NCBI GenBank assembly: GCA_014191035.1
Contig: BJGX01000005.1
Coordinates: 1 to 59,756, forward strand
Origin: Candidatus Saccharimonadota bacterium
Lineage (GTDB): Bacteria > Patescibacteriota > Saccharimonadia > CAILAD01 > BJGX01
DNA length: 59,756 nucleotides
Reading direction: 5' to 3'
How positions within the stretch are numbered: position 1 is the stretch's first letter; every line of letters starts with the position of its first letter. A program made the position numbers and the translations under genes. The notes under the pieces are model-generated. The model ran no database searches. It saw nothing but the letters and a program-made list of their open reading frames with translations, and was not told where the DNA came from. Below are positions 9,073 through 20,775 of this stretch, piece by piece.

Positions 9073-10502
9073 AACGTAATTCCCTCCACTCTTTCATGAT
9101 ATTTAGTTAAAGATTGGATTTTTTTAGCAATTTCTAAAATCTTTAGATCGTCCCCCTGTTTTCCAATTATTTGCAGTCCAAGTGGAAGGTTAGTGTCTTC
9201 ATCTATTCCAAAGGGTATACTCACCGACGGAACTCCTGCCAAATTAACAAAAACCGTTAGTAGGTCTGTTTTGTACATTTCAATTGGATCAGACTTAGAT
9301 CCAATCTTAAATGCTGGCTCCGTAGTGGTTGGAACAATTATTACATCGTACTTTTCTAGTACCTTGTCGACTTTTTCTTTAACAATCGTTCGAACCTGCA
9401 TCGCTTTTTTATAATAAGCATCATAGTATCCTGCAGAAAGTGCATAAGACCCGATTAAATTTCGTCTTTTTACCTCGGTTCCAAAAAATTCACCTCTAGT
9501 TTTAAAATATGTTTCACTAAGATTCGATGCTTTCTGGGAACTTTCACCATAGCGTATTCCATCGTAGCGCTCCAAATTAGAGCTAATTTCTGAAGGTACC
9601 AATACATAATAGGCCGCCAACGCCTCATTTGTAATGCCAAGTTTTTCTACTGGCTCTTTTTGAGCTATATTAATTCCTTCAATTTTATGTTTCGATATTT
9701 CTTCGTCTAAAATATTACCAACCTGATAGTATATTGCATTTGTTTCATCGTTGGAATTCGAGAAGTCATAACCCACTGTTGTGGAATCTTTACTATCAAG
9801 ACCTTTAATGGCATCAAAAACAATCTGTGCATCTTCGGCATTTCGAGCAATTGGACCTATACAGTCAAAGCTACTAGCCATCGATACAACTCCATATCTG
9901 CTTACGGCCCCGTAGCTTGGCTTTAGACCTGTAACTCCACAATATGCAGCAGGCTGACGGATAGACCCGCCAGTATCGGTACCTAGACTAAATATTCCAA
10001 AGTCTGCCGCTACGGCTGCCGCCGAGCCACCCGAACTTCCGCCCGGAACCCTATCTAAATCCCAGGGATTATGCGTAGGGTGATACCCACTATTTTCGGT
10101 GCTCCCACCATGGGCAAATTCATCTTGGTTTACTTTGGCGATCAATATAGCGCCGTGCTCTTCTAGTTTTTTTATTGACGTTGCCGAGTATGGCGCTACG
10201 TAGTCATTTAATATTTTGCTCGCTGCAGTTGTTTTTACACCCTTAGTCATAAACATTTCTTTTGCTGTATAGGGGATGCCCTCAAGTACTCCAATTTCTT
10301 TGCCTTCAGATATTTTGGAATCTATAAATTTAGCTTTTTTAAGAGCGTCTTTTTCGGAAATAGTTATGACTGCTTTAATTTTTGGATTATTTTTTTTAAT
10401 TTTATCAATATAAAACTTAACTAAATCCTGAGCAGTAATTTTTTTCATTTTTAATAAATCGTGGGCTCTGCTGATTGTTAGGTAATTCAAGTCTTCCATC
10501 AT
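9069..10502 (-). CDS. gatA: Asp/Glu-tRNA amidotransferase subunit A
   Basis: Amidase signature PGGSSGGSAAAVA and GTDTGGSIRQPA. Confidence 0.97.
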   Translation of the reverse strand: MMEDLNYLTISRAHDLLKMKKITAQDLVKFYIDKIKKNNPKIKAVITISEKDALKKAKFIDSKISEGKEIGVLEGIPYTAKEMFMTKGVKTTAASKILNDYVAPYSATSIKKLEEHGAILIAKVNQDEFAHGGSTENSGYHPTHNPWDLDRVPGGSSGGSAAAVAADFGIFSLGTDTGGSIRQPAAYCGVTGLKPSYGAVSRYGVVSMASSFDCIGPIARNAEDAQIVFDAIKGLDSKDSTTVGYDFSNSNDETNAIYYQVGNILDEEISKHKIEGINIAQKEPVEKLGITNEALAAYYVLVPSEISSNLERYDGIRYGESSQKASNLSETYFKTRGEFFGTEVKRRNLIGSYALSAGYYDAYYKKAMQVRTIVKEKVDKVLEKYDVIIVPTTTEPAFKIGSKSDPIEMYKTDLLTVFVNLAGVPSVSIPFGIDEDTNLPLGLQIIGKQGDDLKILEIAKKIQSLTKYHERVEGITL

Positions 10503-10789
10503 AAAACCTTCTTAACTTTTACATAACCGTCCAAGGTTTCAGGGGCAGAGTCAATCAAAACTCTTGGCTCAACTTCTGATTTAACTACTTCATCATCTCG
10601 CCAAACATCATTTAAGCCTGTCACCTGAGATGTAGGTGCAACTCCGCCGGTCTCAGCTTTCTGAATGATTTCAACAAAATTTAAAATAGAGCCAAAATCT
10701 TCAGTAATAGAATTGATATTTTTACTGTCTAATTCTATTCTTGATAATTTTGCAGCAGCTTCTATATCTGAGCGATTTATTTTATTCAT
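10499..10789 (-). CDS. gatC: Asp/Glu-tRNA amidotransferase subunit C
   Basis: AKLSRIEL...WRDDEV...APETLDGYVKVKKVL; lies upstream of gatA. Confidence 0.93.
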   Translation of the reverse strand: MNKINRSDIEAAAKLSRIELDSKNINSITEDFGSILNFVEIIQKAETGGVAPTSQVTGLNDVWRDDEVVKSEVEPRVLIDSAPETLDGYVKVKKVL

Positions 10790-10828
10790 ATCTGTTATTT
10801 TACCAGATATAGCTAAGCCATGCGAACA

Positions 10829-11533
10829 CTATTTTGTCTTAGATGATAGTGGCGCGATTCTAAAAGCCAAAATAATTGCGTATATTACTGCAAAGCCGCA
10901 CATCACTGATGGTATTGCTGAACCTGCCGATGGTGCCATCAAATATATAATTCCGGTAGGCAAGGTAAAGGTTAGCACGCCAATAATAAGCCAATGTAAT
11001 GCGCTTCTAAGTTTCTTCTTTTTTTGAACAGAGCTAAGATTAACAGAAATAACAAGTGTTCCCAGTAAAAGCCCGAAATAATAAGCACCATAGAGCAGGT
11101 TGTATGGCTTTGAGAATCTAAAAATAACATAGTTTCCGGTGCATATTGAATCGTTTATTGAATTTGGTACTAGCAAAAAGAATGCAGTAAATCCAATAGC
11201 GAAGACATAGGAGGCATAAATACTCCAGTGTTTTTTACGGCCCCCAATTTCGTTTGCCAGATGGATTCCTAAAGGAGGCAAGAATGTTATAGCAATATAA
11301 CCCAATCTAGAAATTATATTTATTCCTTCGACGTTATAATTACTGCACACAAAGAACTCTGCCAGCTGAAAAGAGGCCAATAGAAACAAAGTGGCGACAA
11401 TAATATTTTTTATTCTGCTAGGCCTTAATTTTAAAAAGGCGTACAAAGCCAGCACCAATTCAATCGCAAATGTCCCAATCATTACTGGCGGACTGAAGCA
11501 GTAGAGAGTATTTTTATTTTGTTTTTGTTTCAT
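10829..11533 (-). CDS. Multi-pass membrane protein (about 7 TM)
   Basis: Seven hydrophobic stretches; CFSPPVM...FQLAEF...PSVMCGFA. Confidence 0.7.
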   Translation of the reverse strand: MKQKQNKNTLYCFSPPVMIGTFAIELVLALYAFLKLRPSRIKNIIVATLFLLASFQLAEFFVCSNYNVEGINIISRLGYIAITFLPPLGIHLANEIGGRKKHWSIYASYVFAIGFTAFFLLVPNSINDSICTGNYVIFRFSKPYNLLYGAYYFGLLLGTLVISVNLSSVQKKKKLRSALHWLIIGVLTFTLPTGIIYLMAPSAGSAIPSVMCGFAVIYAIILAFRIAPLSSKTK

Positions 11534-11555
11534 TTTGGTTGTGCTTATTGTATCA

Positions 11556-14301
<2,746 letters not shown>

Positions 14302-14321
14302 ATATATATTATAGCGCAAAT

Positions 14322-14350
14322 AAAAAATCCTCATAATATGAGGACTTTTT
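14322..14350 (-). terminator. Terminator after the tRNA-Phe/Gly pair
   Basis: TCCTCAT-AAT-ATGAGGA stem flanked by A/T tracts. Confidence 0.7.
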
Positions 14351-14351
14351 A

Positions 14352-14428
14352 TGGTGCGGGTAGGGGGACTCTAACCCCCGGCCTCATCCTTGGCAAGGAT
14401 GCGCTCTAAACAACTGAGCTATACCCGC
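14352..14428 (-). tRNA. tRNA-Gly(GCC)
   Basis: Cloverleaf GCGGGTATAGCTCAG...CATCC-TTGCCAA-GGATG...CCCGCACCA; T-loop variant TTAGAGT. Confidence 0.93.
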
Positions 14429-14439
14429 TTAACTAAAAA

Positions 14440-14515
14440 TGGTGGCGAGACTCGGAATCGAACCGAGGACACGAGGCTCTTCAGGCCACTGCTCTACCAA
14501 CTGAGCTATCTCGCC
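14440..14515 (-). tRNA. tRNA-Phe(GAA)
   Basis: GGCGAGATAGCTCAGTTGGTAGAGC...CTGAAGA...GGTTCGATTCC...CGCCACCA. Confidence 0.95.
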
Positions 14516-14591
14516 GTGTCGTGCGAATCACAAATAAATATGTGAAGTAACGCGAATAATCATAGCAGATTTTAGTACATTATTCTACCCT

Positions 14592-14620
14592 TTTACAGAT
14601 TGAGAAGTAGAAGGTATAAT
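14592..14620 (+). promoter_or_regulatory. Sigma70-type promoter of tRNA-Cys/Leu
   Basis: TTTACA-N17-TATAAT, 12 nt upstream of tRNA-Cys. Confidence 0.7.
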
Positions 14621-14632
14621 ATATCGATATAT

Positions 14633-14706
14633 GGCGCGTTGGCCGAGGAGTTAGGCACGGGTCTGCAAAACCCGCTACACCGGTGCGACTCCGGTACGCG
14701 CCTCCA
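14633..14706 (+). tRNA. tRNA-Cys(GCA)
   Basis: GGCGCGT acceptor, CGGGT-CTGCAAA-ACCCG anticodon arm, U73, CCA; T-loop variant TGCGACT. Confidence 0.93.
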
Positions 14707-14707
14707 A

Positions 14708-14792
14708 GGGAGAGTGGTGGAATTGGTATACACGACGGACTTAAAATCCGTTGCCGTAAGGCTTGAGGGTTCGAGTCCCTCCTCTCCCACCA
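14708..14792 (+). tRNA. tRNA-Leu(TAA)
   Basis: ACGGA-CTTAAAA-TCCGT anticodon arm, long variable arm, GGTTCGAGTCC, CCA. Confidence 0.95.
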
Positions 14793-14801
14793 GATATTAT
14801 T

Positions 14802-14827
14802 AAAAAAGACCCTTTTGGGTCTTTTTT
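14802..14827. terminator. Bidirectional intrinsic terminator
   Basis: AAAAAAGACCC-TTTT-GGGTCTTTTTT between convergent genes. Confidence 0.85.
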
Positions 14828-14829
14828 AG

Positions 14830-15327
14830 TTAAACCTTTTCAGATGTGTCAGAATTTTCTGCGTTTGCTTTATCACGAGCTTCAATTTCTGCCATTTTTG
14901 CCTGTATTGCTTGTTGACCGCCCTTGACGTATATATGTTCCTCTTCAAGCTCAGCAATAGCCCTTCTTCTTAACTCGCCTTTTCTTTGCTCTTCTTCATT
15001 GGTTGCATTAGCCCGGCCAGACCGTTCTCGTTCGGCGACTATACGTTGCTCTTCCGCTCTGTGCTCTTCGATAGAGCCTCTTACTCTGCCCGACTCATCT
15101 GTAAAACTAGAAATAGCTTCAGCCCTAGGGCTTTGATCTTTAATACCTTCTTCGCCAACTGTGGAATCTTTATCTCTTGAAAAAGTCTTCTTTGTAAAAT
15201 CGGATAGTTTGCTCAGTATAGATTGTTTCTTTTGTTCTTTTTTTATATCCTGCAAATCCTGTTTAAGTTCTGTGTTGTCAACATCTTTTTCTGATGATTC
15301 AAATTTAGGTTTAGTTGTTTCTGGCAT
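14830..15327 (-). CDS. Hypothetical highly charged protein
   Basis: 165-aa E/K/R-rich ORF with AAAGGA SD; no recognised domain. Confidence 0.7.
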   Translation of the reverse strand: MPETTKPKFESSEKDVDNTELKQDLQDIKKEQKKQSILSKLSDFTKKTFSRDKDSTVGEEGIKDQSPRAEAISSFTDESGRVRGSIEEHRAEEQRIVAERERSGRANATNEEEQRKGELRRRAIAELEEEHIYVKGGQQAIQAKMAEIEARDKANAENSDTSEKV

Positions 15328-15379
15328 AATTTTTCCTTTTTTAATTGTTAGAAATATTATAGCAAATTATATTTGCTTC

Positions 15380-15408
15380 TTTACGAATACAGGGTTTAAT
15401 AGTATAAT
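15380..15408 (+). promoter_or_regulatory. Sigma70-type promoter of tRNA-Val
   Basis: TTTACG-N17-TATAAT. Confidence 0.65.
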
Positions 15409-15420
15409 TATCAGGTTCGC

Positions 15421-15497
15421 GGGTGATTAGCTCAGTTGGCTAGAGCGTCTCGTTTACACCGAGGATGTCGGGGGTTCGAGTCCCTCATCACCCACCA
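15421..15497 (+). tRNA. tRNA-Val(TAC)
   Basis: GGGTGATTAGCTCAG...CTCG-TTTACAC-CGAG...GGTTCGAGTCC...CACCCACCA. Confidence 0.95.
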
Positions 15498-15498
15498 T

Positions 15499-15526
15499 AA
15501 AAAGTCCCACTTTGTGGGATTTTTTA
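15499..15526 (+). terminator. Terminator after tRNA-Val
   Basis: AAAAAGTCCCAC-TTT-GTGGGATTTTTT. Confidence 0.75.
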
Positions 15527-15548
15527 TTTTATAAAGTACAATATAGTT

Positions 15549-16286
15549 ATGTCAGAATCATATCGCCCAAAACCAGAAGCAAGCTGGAATAGGACAATTA
15601 GCAGAACAGAGCTTGAGAAGCTTAAAAATAACCCTCTTTACGAGGAGCCGACAGGCGAGCTAAAGCTGGGCGAAATATCTCCATCTAACCCATCAAAATA
15701 TGGAATTTACAAAGATCGCCATGTTATTGGCAGAGATGAAAAAATTAATCAGGGAGTATATTTGGGCTCAGGCGAAAGAGAAGAAATCGTCGTAGATGAT
15801 ATCAACAGTCAAGCAAAAGAATCTTATGACAAAATATATAGTTCTCTTTGGCAAAAAATCCAAAATAGGCAAAAAGAGCAAGAAGAATTGGGGCTAAGCA
15901 GCAATGTAAAAAATGGAATATTATCTGATGTTTTTGAATTAGTAATGGATCAAATGAGATACGATGGAGATTTTGTAAGTGTTGCGAGTAAAGAATTTAA
16001 AAATCAAAAAATTAATTTAAGCTACTTTATAGACAACAAAAAAGGAGTATGCCGGCATCAGGCCTTAATGGCAGGTTATCTACTTGAAAGATTAAAAAAC
16101 GAAGGGTACATAGATGGCGATGTCTCAATAGACAGAAATTCAGTGGCCGGTAGAGGGGCGCACGCATGGGTAAGATACAAAAGCGCTACTAGTGGAGTTA
16201 CATACATTATTGACCCGGCACAAAATTGGGCAGGTAGGCTCGATGACGCGCCTGGGAATTGGCCATATAAAAGACCAGAAGACTAA
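15549..16286 (+). CDS. Transglutaminase-like (papain-fold) domain protein
   Basis: GVCRHQA...HAWV...IIDP gives a Cys-His-Asp triad arrangement. Confidence 0.75.
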   Translation: MSESYRPKPEASWNRTISRTELEKLKNNPLYEEPTGELKLGEISPSNPSKYGIYKDRHVIGRDEKINQGVYLGSGEREEIVVDDINSQAKESYDKIYSSLWQKIQNRQKEQEELGLSSNVKNGILSDVFELVMDQMRYDGDFVSVASKEFKNQKINLSYFIDNKKGVCRHQALMAGYLLERLKNEGYIDGDVSIDRNSVAGRGAHAWVRYKSATSGVTYIIDPAQNWAGRLDDAPGNWPYKRPED

Positions 16287-16327
16287 ATAAAAAACCGACC
16301 AAGAATAATTCTTGATCGGCAGGTGGC

Positions 16328-16867
16328 CTAGATCCCCTTAATGGTGATAAGAGCGTTTTTTATGCTCTCACCCAAAAGAACAGCTTTTTGCCCAATTTCA
16401 CCGACAACACTTTGCTTTTGAAGCCTGTCGCAGAAGCTAAGGGCCTCTTTAACTTCATCGGCCTTTAGAAGCTTACGAAGCCGTGTCAATGAGTTGTGCA
16501 GAGTATTGTTCTCTGAAGTCAGTGCGGAGGCCTTGCTCTTGAGCTCAGCAATCTCTTTGTTCTGAGCCTCAATCACTTCGTCGAGAGCCTCAACAAGTGA
16601 CTCTATCTCGGCAAAGTCTTCGCTAACAATCTCTCGCAGTCTCATTAGGGTATCGCGCATTGCGCTTAGGACTGGGCTTTTTTCCGATGTAACCAGACTG
16701 TAGCTAATTTCGGCAGTCAGGTACTCAATAAGATCGTGTAGTTCTTTTGGCTCTAGCAGACGAGCTACTTTTTGCTTAACCTTTTTTCCTGCTTCTTCAT
16801 CGACATTCATTGTAAGATCAATGATTATTGCATTATCGGGCAACTTAAGTTGGCTGGTACTGTCCAT
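16328..16867 (-). CDS. Hypothetical coiled-coil protein
   Basis: Heptad-rich 179-aa ORF; own TTGACC-N17-TATAAA promoter and AGGGGG SD. Confidence 0.7.
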   Translation of the reverse strand: MDSTSQLKLPDNAIIIDLTMNVDEEAGKKVKQKVARLLEPKELHDLIEYLTAEISYSLVTSEKSPVLSAMRDTLMRLREIVSEDFAEIESLVEALDEVIEAQNKEIAELKSKASALTSENNTLHNSLTRLRKLLKADEVKEALSFCDRLQKQSVVGEIGQKAVLLGESIKNALITIKGI

Positions 16868-16959
16868 GTATCCCCCTTTTGTTTACATGGAAAAGTTTAT
16901 AATTTATACCATAAAAAATTTTTAGGGTCAATCAGGACAAAGTTTGCTAAACTTGTCTT

Positions 16960-17790
16960 ATGCGCAAAATAATCAACGGCGAAGAGATTGCCGAAAATAT
17001 ACTAAACTCAATAAAAAATAAAACCTCAGCCGAGAATACCAAGCCCAAACTAGCAATCATAACCTACAATCCTGATGAGCGATCTGAATTGTATGTAGGT
17101 CTTAAGATTAAAAAAGCAAAAGAAGTTGGCATTGAATTTGACGTATTAGACTGGTCTGGAAAAGATATTGATGAATGCAAAGCTGAAATACAGAAACTGG
17201 CTAGAGACGAGTCAACTAATAGCATTATTGCCCAGTTACCCATGAATGGATTAGATAATTTTCAAGAGGTTCTTGATTTTATCCCAACTAAAAAAGATGT
17301 AGATGGTTTATCTGGCAAATCTTTAGAATTATTAAAGAATAATAAACTAATATTAATACCAGCAACCCCAAAGGCAATTCTAGAAATTATAGAGCAAGAA
17401 AATATTGAATTAAATGATAAAAGCATTTTAGTAATTGGCCAGGGAAAGCTTGTTGGCTTGCCACTTTCAATTATTCTTAAAAATAAAGGCTATGAAGTAA
17501 TGACAGCCGACAATAATACTAAAAATCTTTACGAATTAACTTTGGGTGCCGATATTATTATTTCAGCAGCTGGTGTTCCTAAATTGCTTACAGGCGATAT
17601 GATCAAACACGATGTAATAGTATTGGACGCAGGTGCCGCCGAAGCCAATGGCAAAATAGTCGGCGATGTTGATTATGAAAGCGTAGAACCAAAAGCCTCA
17701 GTTATTTCTAAAGTTCCGGGGGGTATCGGCCCTGTGACTGTGGCTTGCCTGTTAGAAAATACCTTAGAAGCATCAAAAAACTCACAATAA
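16960..17790 (+). CDS. folD: Bifunctional methylenetetrahydrofolate dehydrogenase/cyclohydrolase
   Basis: QLPM, KDVDGL, PATPKA, VPGGIGPVTVACL. Confidence 0.93.
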   Translation: MRKIINGEEIAENILNSIKNKTSAENTKPKLAIITYNPDERSELYVGLKIKKAKEVGIEFDVLDWSGKDIDECKAEIQKLARDESTNSIIAQLPMNGLDNFQEVLDFIPTKKDVDGLSGKSLELLKNNKLILIPATPKAILEIIEQENIELNDKSILVIGQGKLVGLPLSIILKNKGYEVMTADNNTKNLYELTLGADIIISAAGVPKLLTGDMIKHDVIVLDAGAAEANGKIVGDVDYESVEPKASVISKVPGGIGPVTVACLLENTLEASKNSQ

Positions 17791-17804
17791 TTTGTGAGTT
17801 TTTT
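17775..17804. terminator. Bidirectional terminator between folD and tRNA-Leu
   Basis: AAAAAACTCACAA-TAAT-TTGTGAGTTTTTT. Confidence 0.8.
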
Positions 17805-17805
17805 A

Positions 17806-17896
17806 TGGTGCCGCGGAGAAGACTCGAACTTCCACGCCCGATATATTGGGCACTAGCCCCTCAAGCTAGCGTGTCTACCAATTCCACCACCACGGC
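17806..17896 (-). tRNA. tRNA-Leu(GAG)
   Basis: GCCGTGGTGGTGGAATTGGTAGACAC, CTAGC-TTGAGGG-GCTAG, long variable arm, GTTCGAGTC, CGGCACCA. Confidence 0.95.
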
Positions 17897-18124
17897 TCGG
17901 TTATTAAGATATTTCAGCATCCCAACTTTGTTGAGGTGCTAGTTCTAGCCTAATATTATGCTCGCTATCTCTCGACAGCTAGCGCGAATACCAATTCCAC
18001 CACCACGGCTCGGTTTATTAAGATATTTCAGCATCCCAACTTTGTTGAGGTGCTAGTTCTAGCCTAATATTTATGCTCGCTATCACTCGACAGCTAGCGC
18101 GAATACCAATTCCACCACCACGGC
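17897..18124 (-). repeat. Two tandem 113/115-bp units, each starting with a copy of the tRNA-Leu(GAG) 5' end
   Basis: Units 17897-18009 and 18010-18124 differ by two 1-nt indels and one substitution; each begins GCCGTGGTGGTGGAATTGGTA, identical to the adjacent tRNA. Confidence 0.95.
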
Positions 18125-18177
18125 AGATTATATTTTCAACCCGAGTATTATATCTGAAAAGACTATATTTTGTAAGC

Positions 18178-19815
18178 TTAATGGAAAGAACCAAGCCCAG
18201 GCATGTGCTCACTTAAGTGCTTCATAGAATATTCTTTGCGCAAATGTACCTGGCCGTATTCCTTGGTGGCCCCAAGCTTACTGCGTGGGTTCAATAAATT
18301 GTACGGATCAAATAGTTTTTTAATTTCCTTAAACAATCCGTAAAGTTCAGCTCCATACATTTGTCTTAAATACCCACCACGCATTATTCCATCATTGTGT
18401 TCGCCAGATATACTGCCGCCCAATTTTAATACCATCTTATAAAACTCATCTGAAAGCGCATAAATTTTATGTCTATCGCGAATATTACTCAAATCTAAAA
18501 ACGGCTGGATGTGTAGATGCCCATTACCTGCATGCCCCCAGACTGCATTTTTAACTTTGTATTTATCTAGAAGCCCATAGGCCTGCTTAACAAACTCGTC
18601 AAAATGCTCTAAAGGAACAATTCCATCTTCGATAATTGGTAGAGCTTTCTTAGGGCCTTGTTGCATCCAGATAACTGCAGCTGCTTGTCTCCTAATCTTC
18701 CACAGATGATCTTGCTCTAGCTTATTATTGCTAGTCTTTGTTTCGAATGCATATTTGTTTAATATCTTTTCGGCAGTCTTAGATTTTTTCTTTTGAGCTT
18801 TTAGTTTTTCATCATCGAACTCCACCAAAAGCACAACCTTAGGCATTTGCTCTGGAAGTAAATTTGCTACTAGCGACGGTTGCTTTTCCATAACAAAATT
18901 AATTACCTGATCATCGACTAGCTCTTGGGCGCTCGGCACTAATGGAGCAATCTCGACGACAGCCTGGCGCATTTTTTCTATACTATCGAAGTAGCCAACC
19001 AACAGAGTGGTATTTTTATTAAAAGGTATGTGATACAACGAAGCTTCAGTAATAACTCCTAGAGTACTTTGCGAACCAACAAAAAGCTGAGATAAATCGA
19101 AACTACCATCCTTGCCTTTTATATCCCACAAATCATAACCGGCTGAATTTTTGGAAACAATTGGCTTTGCCTTTTCAATTACATCTCTATTGGCCTCAAT
19201 TAATTCGTCAACCGTCCTATACAGCTCGCCCTCTAAATCGCCTTGCTTTTTCTTTTGAGCAAGTTCCTTTTTTGTAAGCCTATATGTCTCTATAACGTCA
19301 CCATTGTGCAAAACTACCCTAAGTCCTGCAACGTAGTTACGCATAGGTCCATACTTTAAAGTCTTCTCGCCAGCTGCATTATTTGCAAGTGCTCCGCCGA
19401 TACTGCAAAAATCTACACTGGCTGGATATGGCGGCAAGAACCTACCATGACTTTTTAGTACGGATTCTAAGTGTGCAAATATCATTCCTGGCTGAACTGT
19501 AATGGTATCTTTTTTCATCTCCACCAGTTTTCGCATGTGGGCCGGAAATACCAAAGAAATACCCTCGCTCAAAGAAGCTCCGCCCTGATCGGTGCCCTTA
19601 CCTCTTGCAGTAATAGGTAAAGCTTTTTTCTTGGGCACTAAATTGTGATTGAATCTCAAAACTTCAATAACGTCTTTTTCATTATTGGGATACACTACTA
19701 GCTTAGGGGTAACCTTAAAAATGCCTCCGTCGGTAGAAAAAAAATCACGGCTGTGCGCATCATACACTACTTCGCCATCGAGCTTTTCTTGCATTTCTTT
19801 TACTAGAGTACTCAT
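18178..19815 (-). CDS. FAD-linked oxidoreductase (GlcD/D-lactate dehydrogenase family)
   Basis: ARGKGTDQGG, CSIGGALANNAAG, GHAGNGHLH, SISGEHNDG, FDPYNLLNP. Confidence 0.9.
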   Translation of the reverse strand: MSTLVKEMQEKLDGEVVYDAHSRDFFSTDGGIFKVTPKLVVYPNNEKDVIEVLRFNHNLVPKKKALPITARGKGTDQGGASLSEGISLVFPAHMRKLVEMKKDTITVQPGMIFAHLESVLKSHGRFLPPYPASVDFCSIGGALANNAAGEKTLKYGPMRNYVAGLRVVLHNGDVIETYRLTKKELAQKKKQGDLEGELYRTVDELIEANRDVIEKAKPIVSKNSAGYDLWDIKGKDGSFDLSQLFVGSQSTLGVITEASLYHIPFNKNTTLLVGYFDSIEKMRQAVVEIAPLVPSAQELVDDQVINFVMEKQPSLVANLLPEQMPKVVLLVEFDDEKLKAQKKKSKTAEKILNKYAFETKTSNNKLEQDHLWKIRRQAAAVIWMQQGPKKALPIIEDGIVPLEHFDEFVKQAYGLLDKYKVKNAVWGHAGNGHLHIQPFLDLSNIRDRHKIYALSDEFYKMVLKLGGSISGEHNDGIMRGGYLRQMYGAELYGLFKEIKKLFDPYNLLNPRSKLGATKEYGQVHLRKEYSMKHLSEHMPGLGSFH

Positions 19816-19898
19816 ACTAATAGCATAACAACTTTATAGTATTTAATAAAGTAAGTTTGACTTATATAGAGATTCGTCTAAACTAATACATAAGTATT

Positions 19899-20771
19899 AT
19901 GAAAAATCAAAAATCTAGAACATCCAGTAATAAAAACATCAAAAGCGTAATTACAAGCAAGCCTGCTATTGCCGTGTTCATATCAATATTCGTAATTGTT
20001 GGCCTATTTCTCATTATCAGGAGTTACGCTTCTACAGGAATACCAGTATTCAACACCGACCCAGATTTTTGGAGAGATAAAATTGGCTACTGCGAATCAG
20101 GTGGACGCTACGATAGAATAGGACCCGGTGGCCACACTGGCAAATATCAATACGATGCACGCACCTGGAGAAGTGCTGTTGGGCCAGAGCTAGCAGCTCA
20201 ATACCCCCAAGCCTACATGGCGCCGGGTGAAATTCAAGAAATGGCTTTCAACAATACTTTCGCACGTCGCGGCACTCAGCCTTGGAATGCTAGTTATAAA
20301 TGCTGGATAAAAGGAACCACCTTCGCTGCTGCATCTAGCTCTCAAAGTGTAAATGCACCAGCAGCTTCACCCCTACCTACTGCACCGATATTACCACCTA
20401 ACCCCTTCGGTATGCCATCAGAATCATATAATGTGACAGTTAATGGCCGAATCACACTAAACGACGCTCCTCTGCCCAATGTTAAATTACAGACTTGTAT
20501 TGGTGATAAGACCGTAACTACCGATGCAGATGGCAGATTCAGCTTCCCTGCACCACTAGACGTTTCGTTTTGCGTAAGGCCAATAGAGGGTGTTCCGGAA
20601 GGTGCCAAACTTGATAGAACGAACAACAATATTGAAGTAGCTAATAATACGACTTATGAATACCAAATTGCCGGAGTAAATGCCTATCGAAGTGTATGGT
20701 ACCTATTAAGGCCACAGTTCAACTGGGACCGCAAAAACGACACAGGCTATAACTTTTACTACGTAAAATAA
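19899..20771 (+). CDS. Secreted Rpf-like lytic transglycosylase with C-terminal beta-sandwich domain
   Basis: Signal/TM anchor, IGYCESGGRY...GKYQYDARTW...QE...GTQPW, Pro-rich linker. Confidence 0.8.
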   Translation: MKNQKSRTSSNKNIKSVITSKPAIAVFISIFVIVGLFLIIRSYASTGIPVFNTDPDFWRDKIGYCESGGRYDRIGPGGHTGKYQYDARTWRSAVGPELAAQYPQAYMAPGEIQEMAFNNTFARRGTQPWNASYKCWIKGTTFAAASSSQSVNAPAASPLPTAPILPPNPFGMPSESYNVTVNGRITLNDAPLPNVKLQTCIGDKTVTTDADGRFSFPAPLDVSFCVRPIEGVPEGAKLDRTNNNIEVANNTTYEYQIAGVNAYRSVWYLLRPQFNWDRKNDTGYNFYYVK

Positions 20772-20775
20772 GTAC

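Noticed and set aside
17897-18124. CRISPR array
   Set aside because: The would-be spacers are near-identical to each other, the repeat is a tRNA 5' end, and no cas genes are present
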